Source: Ferrithrix thermotolerans DSM 19514
Lineage (GTDB): Bacteria > Actinomycetota > Acidimicrobiia > Acidimicrobiales > Ilumatobacteraceae
Direction: 5' to 3'
DNA: 64,000 bases
Assembly: GCA_945861025.1 (NCBI GenBank)
Contig: CAMASN010000005.1
Span: forward strand, 7,239 to 71,238
Of the stretch, positions 59,647 through 64,000 are shown one piece after another. Made by a program: the position numbers and the translations under genes. The notes beneath the pieces were generated by a model. That model was not told where the DNA came from and ran no database searches. It saw nothing but the letters and a program-made list of their open reading frames with translations. How positions within the stretch are numbered: the first letter of the stretch is position 1; the number at the start of each line of letters is the position of its first letter.

Positions 59647-60408
59647 GTGATCGTGATCCGTATCGACGCCGCCACCGTATTGCTGCAGTGGTCCACTGGT
59701 GGAATGTTTTTCTTGTGGTTCACCACCCGGCGCCGAGTCGTTGGCGCTGGCTACGGGTGGCTGCTACGTGGCGTCTATTTGCTGATGGCCTTTGGCGCGC
59801 TGGGGTGCGGTTTGCGCTTTGGCTCCGAAGTTGTGCGCGAGATTGCATCGTTCGGTGTGGGCATCGCTGCGTTGGTCACGCTTGTGGTGTCAATCGTGCG
59901 ACGCCGCGACGATCGCTTTGCTCCGTGGCTCGATCTGGTGGCTCCAGCGATTGGTCTGGTAGGTCTTGTTGCCGCTGGCATTGGCGCAGGCGGAAACGAT
60001 CTGGTTGCAGTGATCCGCACGGTGGTGGGCGCAGCCTTTCTTGGTGCGGTCACCGACGCCATGTTGCTTGGCCACTGGTATCTGGTGCAGCCAGGTCTGC
60101 CTCGCAGCCTGCTGAACGAATTGGTGCAGGTCACGCAGTATGCGTTGCCTGTTGAGGTGGCCGCCTTATTGTTGCCCACCGGCATGCTCAGCGTGCTCAG
60201 CGGCACCGTTTCCGACGGCTGGAATGGCACGCTCGGGTACTTCTGGGTGGCGTGTTCAATCACCACGGCCGTGTTGTGCTGGGTCACCAAGCGAGCGCTT
60301 CGCGAGCGGTATTACTCGGCAGTGATGGCCGCTACCGGCCTGCTGTATCTCGCAATTCTTACTGCCTTCGGCACCGACCTGGTCGCCCGAGCGGTGCTTG
60401 CTGGCTAG
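59647..60408 (+). CDS. Hypothetical polytopic membrane protein
   Basis: 253-aa ORF with about 7 hydrophobic segments. GTG start is uncertain. Confidence 0.55.
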   Translation: MIVIRIDAATVLLQWSTGGMFFLWFTTRRRVVGAGYGWLLRGVYLLMAFGALGCGLRFGSEVVREIASFGVGIAALVTLVVSIVRRRDDRFAPWLDLVAPAIGLVGLVAAGIGAGGNDLVAVIRTVVGAAFLGAVTDAMLLGHWYLVQPGLPRSLLNELVQVTQYALPVEVAALLLPTGMLSVLSGTVSDGWNGTLGYFWVACSITTAVLCWVTKRALRERYYSAVMAATGLLYLAILTAFGTDLVARAVLAG

Positions 60409-60430
60409 TCCCGCTTTAGCATCGGCGGTC

Positions 60431-61591
60431 ATGCAGCAGATTCCGCGCACCCTGTTCAACGACGATCACGATCAGTTCCGCAGCGCCTTTCGAGCGTGGC
60501 TCGACAACGAGGTCGTTCCGAACCATGAGCAGTGGGAGCGCGATGGCCTCGTGTCTCGCGAGATTTGGCTCGAAGCCGGACGACACGGATTCCTTGGTCT
60601 CACGGTTCCCGAGAAGTTCGGTGGCGGCGGAACCGACGACTACCGCTTTGCGGCCGTCATGGCCGAAGAGATCGGCATGACCGGTGTCATTGGTAGCGCC
60701 AACGGCATGACCCTGCACAACGACATCGTGCTGCCCTACTTCGTGAGCCTGTGCAACGAAGAGCAGCAACAGCGGTGGTTGCCCGGCATGGTCACCGGCG
60801 AACGCATCGGTGCAATCGCGATGACCGAGCCGCACACCGGCAGCGATCTCGTAGGCATCAAGACCACAGCGGTGCGTCATGGCGACTCATTTGTGGTGAA
60901 CGGCGCCAAGACGTTTATCTCGAACGGCATCCTCAGCGACGCCGTCATCACCGTGGTGAAGACCGATCCATCAAAGGCGCATCGCGGGATGAGTCTGCTT
61001 GTGCTCGAGCGGGGCATGCCCGGCTTCGAGCGTGGCCGCAACCTCGACAAGATGGGAATGCACGCTCAAGACACCGCCGAGTTGTTCTTCACCGATGTCG
61101 AGGTGCCCGCCGCCAACATGCTTGGTGACGAAGGCATGGGCTTCATGTACTTGATGACCAACCTCGCTCAAGAGCGCCTCGGCATTGCGATTGGCGCAGT
61201 GGCGGTTGCCCAAGCAGCGTTGAACTGGACCGTTGACTACACCACCGAGCGCAAGGCGTTCGGTCAGTCGATTGCGCACTTTCAGCACAGCAAGTTCTTG
61301 CTCGCCGAACTCGCGACCGAAGTGCAGATTGCGCAGGTGTACGCCGACCGCTGTATCGAGTTGCATCTCAATCAGGCGCTGACTGTCGAGCAGGCTGCGG
61401 CCGCCAAGTTCTGGTGCACCGAACTGCAGAACAAGGTGGTCGATCGTTGCGTGCAACTGCATGGCGGTTACGGCTACATGCGTGAGTACCCCATCGCTCG
61501 GGCGTGGGCCGACAGCCGTATTCAGACCATTTACGGCGGCACCAGCGAGATCATGAAAGAGATCGTGGGCCGCAGCGTGGTGGGCGGCTAG
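60431..61591 (+). CDS. Acyl-CoA dehydrogenase
   Basis: Start MQQIPRTLFNDDHDQFR...AMTEPHTGSDL...QLHGGYGYMREYPIARAWADSRIQTIYGGTSEIMKEI. Confidence 0.9.
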   Translation: MQQIPRTLFNDDHDQFRSAFRAWLDNEVVPNHEQWERDGLVSREIWLEAGRHGFLGLTVPEKFGGGGTDDYRFAAVMAEEIGMTGVIGSANGMTLHNDIVLPYFVSLCNEEQQQRWLPGMVTGERIGAIAMTEPHTGSDLVGIKTTAVRHGDSFVVNGAKTFISNGILSDAVITVVKTDPSKAHRGMSLLVLERGMPGFERGRNLDKMGMHAQDTAELFFTDVEVPAANMLGDEGMGFMYLMTNLAQERLGIAIGAVAVAQAALNWTVDYTTERKAFGQSIAHFQHSKFLLAELATEVQIAQVYADRCIELHLNQALTVEQAAAAKFWCTELQNKVVDRCVQLHGGYGYMREYPIARAWADSRIQTIYGGTSEIMKEIVGRSVVGG

Positions 61592-61594
61592 CGC

Positions 61595-62941
61595 TTAGGC
61601 GCGAGCACGAACGCCGCGACTGGCAGCGAGGCCAAGCACAGCGCACAGGGCGGCCAGTGCGAAGTTCACGCCGACGGCGCTCTGCAAGGTGGCCGAGGTG
61701 CGATCAGCGAATGCAACCGTCGAGCCGCCGAGAACACCCATCATTCCAAAGCCGAGCGAATCAGCGAGATGGATCTGGCTGCTGATCTCTCCTTCGCGCC
61801 CGTCGTCGGCGTAGCTCATTGAGGCGACGGTGGTGGGGTTAAACAATATGCCCATACCGAAGCCGCCGATTGCCCAAGTGGCGAACACTAGTGGCAACGG
61901 CCACGACGGCGATAGCACCGGCGCAACCGTGGCGATGCCAATCAGCAAGAAGCCAAAGCCCATAGCCGACACTCGACCAGGGTTGATGCGGTCGACGCGG
62001 CGTGCTGTCACTGCTTGGCCGATGGTCCACGTGATGGCTGCGCCGGAGATGACGAAGCCCTGCACGATGGGTCGAGCGCCGTGGAGTCGGTCGGCTGCAA
62101 GGGGCACGAAACTGTCGACGCCTAAGAATGTGGCGGTAGCGAGAAATCGAACGGCGACGATGGCGGGCAGGCCCCGTCGAGCTCGAAACACTCCGGCGGG
62201 GAGCATGAACCGCAACGCGGGAAGGGCGATGGCGATGCCGGCAATGCACAGTGGCGCGGCCAACAGCAGATGCTTGTTCTGGAGGCCGGCGGCCAAAATG
62301 CCCACTCCGGCGGAGGCCTGAAAGGCGCGGTGCAAGCGCGTTGGCCGGCGATCGATGATTACCTCGGATGGCGCGAGGTGAGCCATGGCGCGAGCCGTGA
62401 GCAATGCAACTGCAGCGGCAAGTGGAGCGATGCCAATGAAGACCCAGCGCCATCCGGCGCGGTCGACAACGACGCCTGCAATCACCGGCCCGAGCAAACT
62501 GGGCAACACCCAGCCAGCGCTGAGGTATGCGTACATCGAGGCTTGGCGCTCAACTGGAAAGGCGCGGCGAACAGCGATGTACGACAGCGGAGCGAAGCCG
62601 CCGCTTCCGGCTCCCTGCAATAGGCGACCGATGAGCACCATCGTCATCGACTGCGCCGTGGCGGCAACGACGAGTCCGATCACAAAGATTCCGATACACG
62701 CGAGGAATGGTCGACGCACACCGTGGAGGTCGGCCTGCTCGCCAGCCCACACTAAGGCCACGAGGTCGGCCAGCATGTAGGCCGCAAGGGTGGCGCCATA
62801 CAACGAGTCGCCGCTCAGTGCCTCGGCGATGGTGGGTAGCGCCGTAATGACGGCGGTTGATTCGAATGCAACAAGCGTGACACTGAGTACGAGTCCAACG
62901 GCGAGAGCGCGCTGGCTCGCATCGAGGGGGACGCGTGTCAT
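61595..62941 (-). CDS. MFS transporter
   Basis: 448 aa, about 14 TM segments, with the GRLLQGAGSGG motif. Confidence 0.85.
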   Translation of the reverse strand: MTRVPLDASQRALAVGLVLSVTLVAFESTAVITALPTIAEALSGDSLYGATLAAYMLADLVALVWAGEQADLHGVRRPFLACIGIFVIGLVVAATAQSMTMVLIGRLLQGAGSGGFAPLSYIAVRRAFPVERQASMYAYLSAGWVLPSLLGPVIAGVVVDRAGWRWVFIGIAPLAAAVALLTARAMAHLAPSEVIIDRRPTRLHRAFQASAGVGILAAGLQNKHLLLAAPLCIAGIAIALPALRFMLPAGVFRARRGLPAIVAVRFLATATFLGVDSFVPLAADRLHGARPIVQGFVISGAAITWTIGQAVTARRVDRINPGRVSAMGFGFLLIGIATVAPVLSPSWPLPLVFATWAIGGFGMGILFNPTTVASMSYADDGREGEISSQIHLADSLGFGMMGVLGGSTVAFADRTSATLQSAVGVNFALAALCAVLGLAASRGVRARA

Positions 62942-62971
62942 CGTGGCCAGTCTAAAGACGGGTCGTTGTGT

Positions 62972-64000
62972 TTAGCCCCGGGCGACAGATGGGGCCACGA
63001 GTGGCCACGGCTGCGTGCGCTCAATCATCAGCGAGGCGTCGAGCAGCAACTGCTCAGAGTAGTGGCGACCAACGATCTGCAGACCAACGGGTAAACCGTC
63101 GATGGTGCCAGCCGGAACGCTGACCGCTGGGTTGCCGTGCAGGTTTGCGGGGAACGTAAGGCGACCGTTGTTGGCGGCGCCAGCAGTGAGGCCGCCGAAC
63201 TCGCTTGGCAACGGACCCTCGGCGCCGAACGCGATGTCGGGGTTGCTGGCCGTGATGACAAAGTCGACTTCGGAGAAAATCTGAGCCATGCGCTCGTTGA
63301 GTTCCATACGACGGTCTTCGATCTTGGCGCGTGCCTCGACGCCGTAGCGGCCCAAGGTCTGCTCAATGCCCATGCGAATTTCGGGGGTGAGTACGTCTTT
63401 GCATTCGGGCCAATAGGCGGCGAGTTGCGCGTGAATCTCGATCATGCCGCTGATGGACCACGCCGCGCCCATGCTGGGCAGGCTGATGTCGACTCCGTCG
63501 ATGCGGCGCATGCCAGCATTGGCGATGAGATCGTCGGCAACGTTTTCGAGCACGACCCACATCGCGGGCGATATAACGGCGCCGCCCCAGTCGGGGACCA
63601 CCGCAACGCGCATGCCGCGCAGTGTCTCGGTGTGAGCGCCGAGTTCGCTTTCCCAACCGCTGGTGCGGGGCAGGCTGAACTGGTCGCGGGCGTCGTAGCC
63701 GTTGCACACGTCGAACCAGCGCGCTGTGTCGCGCACCGACCGGCTGAGACAACCGGTGGTGACGGTCATGTTGCCGATGGTGGTGCGTGGGGCGCGTGGA
63801 ATGCGGCCGAAGGTTGCCTTGAGGCCGAACAGGCCGGTGAAGCCAGCGGGGATGCGGATCGAGCCGCCCCCGTCGCCGCCCGTTGCGATCGTGACAAGAC
63901 CGCCAGCAACCGCAGCGCCCGTGCCGCCGCTTGAGCCGCCGGGCGTGTGCGCCGTGTTCCACGGGTTCAGGGTGGCGCCGTGCAACACGGTGCGGGTGAG
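62972..64000 (-). CDS. Amidase-signature family amidase; N-terminus beyond the window edge
   Basis: The frame stays open to position 64000. GGSSGGTGAAVAGG...GGDGGGSIRIPA (amidase signature Ser-cisSer-Lys region). Confidence 0.85.
   Translation of the reverse strand, partial: LTRTVLHGATLNPWNTAHTPGGSSGGTGAAVAGGLVTIATGGDGGGSIRIPAGFTGLFGLKATFGRIPRAPRTTIGNMTVTTGCLSRSVRDTARWFDVCNGYDARDQFSLPRTSGWESELGAHTETLRGMRVAVVPDWGGAVISPAMWVVLENVADDLIANAGMRRIDGVDISLPSMGAAWSISGMIEIHAQLAAYWPECKDVLTPEIRMGIEQTLGRYGVEARAKIEDRRMELNERMAQIFSEVDFVITASNPDIAFGAEGPLPSEFGGLTAGAANNGRLTFPANLHGNPAVSVPAGTIDGLPVGLQIVGRHYSEQLLLDASLMIERTQPWPLVAPSVARG

Noticed and set aside
1-64000. Search by eye for tRNA/rRNA genes, CRISPR arrays, transposases, integrases and phage or defence-system genes
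   Set aside because: No intergenic region shows a cloverleaf-like or rRNA-like sequence or a regularly spaced repeat array. No ORF shows DDE, tyrosine/serine recombinase, helicase-nuclease or other defence hallmarks. The only mobile-looking element is the TA cassette with the duplicated hairpin.

Overview
This is a high-GC, actinobacterium-like chromosomal segment, judged from gene content and synteny only. No rRNA, tRNA, CRISPR array, transposase or integrase was seen.

**Layout**
- **1-7.8 kb:** sufS/sufC, a fatty-acid desaturase, an MBL-fold hydrolase, an acyl-CoA dehydrogenase, an alpha/beta hydrolase and two Phd/YefM-VapC toxin-antitoxin modules.
- **7.8-33.9 kb:** a roughly 26-kb cell-envelope glycopolymer locus. 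It encodes:
  - nucleotide-sugar genes galE, a UXS-type decarboxylase and ugd;
  - several GT2 and GT4 glycosyltransferases and two SAM methyltransferases;
  - a Wzm/Wzt ABC exporter whose Wzt carries a C-terminal extension;
  - an 872-aa FkbM-methyltransferase / coiled-coil / GT4 fusion;
  - a polyprenyl-phosphate GT2 with a DUF2304-like protein, and two large polytopic GT-C-like membrane proteins;
  - two secreted multidomain proteins, each ending in three tandem copies of the same unnamed ~120-aa module.
- **33.9-64 kb:** core metabolism. This covers aceE, rnhA, an argJ-like gene, a MarR/YceI pair, APC permease-trkA-trkA-OB-fold, lpd-E2-lipB/lipA, peptidase, carotenoid oxygenase, thiolase/DUF35, amidohydrolase, ACAD, MFS and amidase genes.

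**Most notable observations**
1. A thioredoxin-fold lipoprotein gene has an in-frame TGA exactly at the first Cys of its CXXC motif, followed by a GGUC-loop hairpin. It is either a candidate UxxC selenoprotein or a pseudogene.
2. The triple tandem repeat module is shared by the two secreted proteins of the glycan locus, with an all-or-none Cys-pair covariation between them.
3. The methyltransferase / coiled-coil / GT4 fusion sits next to a Wzt with a C-terminal extension, which suggests a capped, length-controlled polymer.
4. One toxin-antitoxin cassette is bracketed by a 43-bp duplication of a terminator hairpin.
5. lipB and lipA form one continuous reading frame.

**Limits:** all calls rest on reading the translations and the DNA by eye. 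Start codons are inferred. No database search or computation was run.
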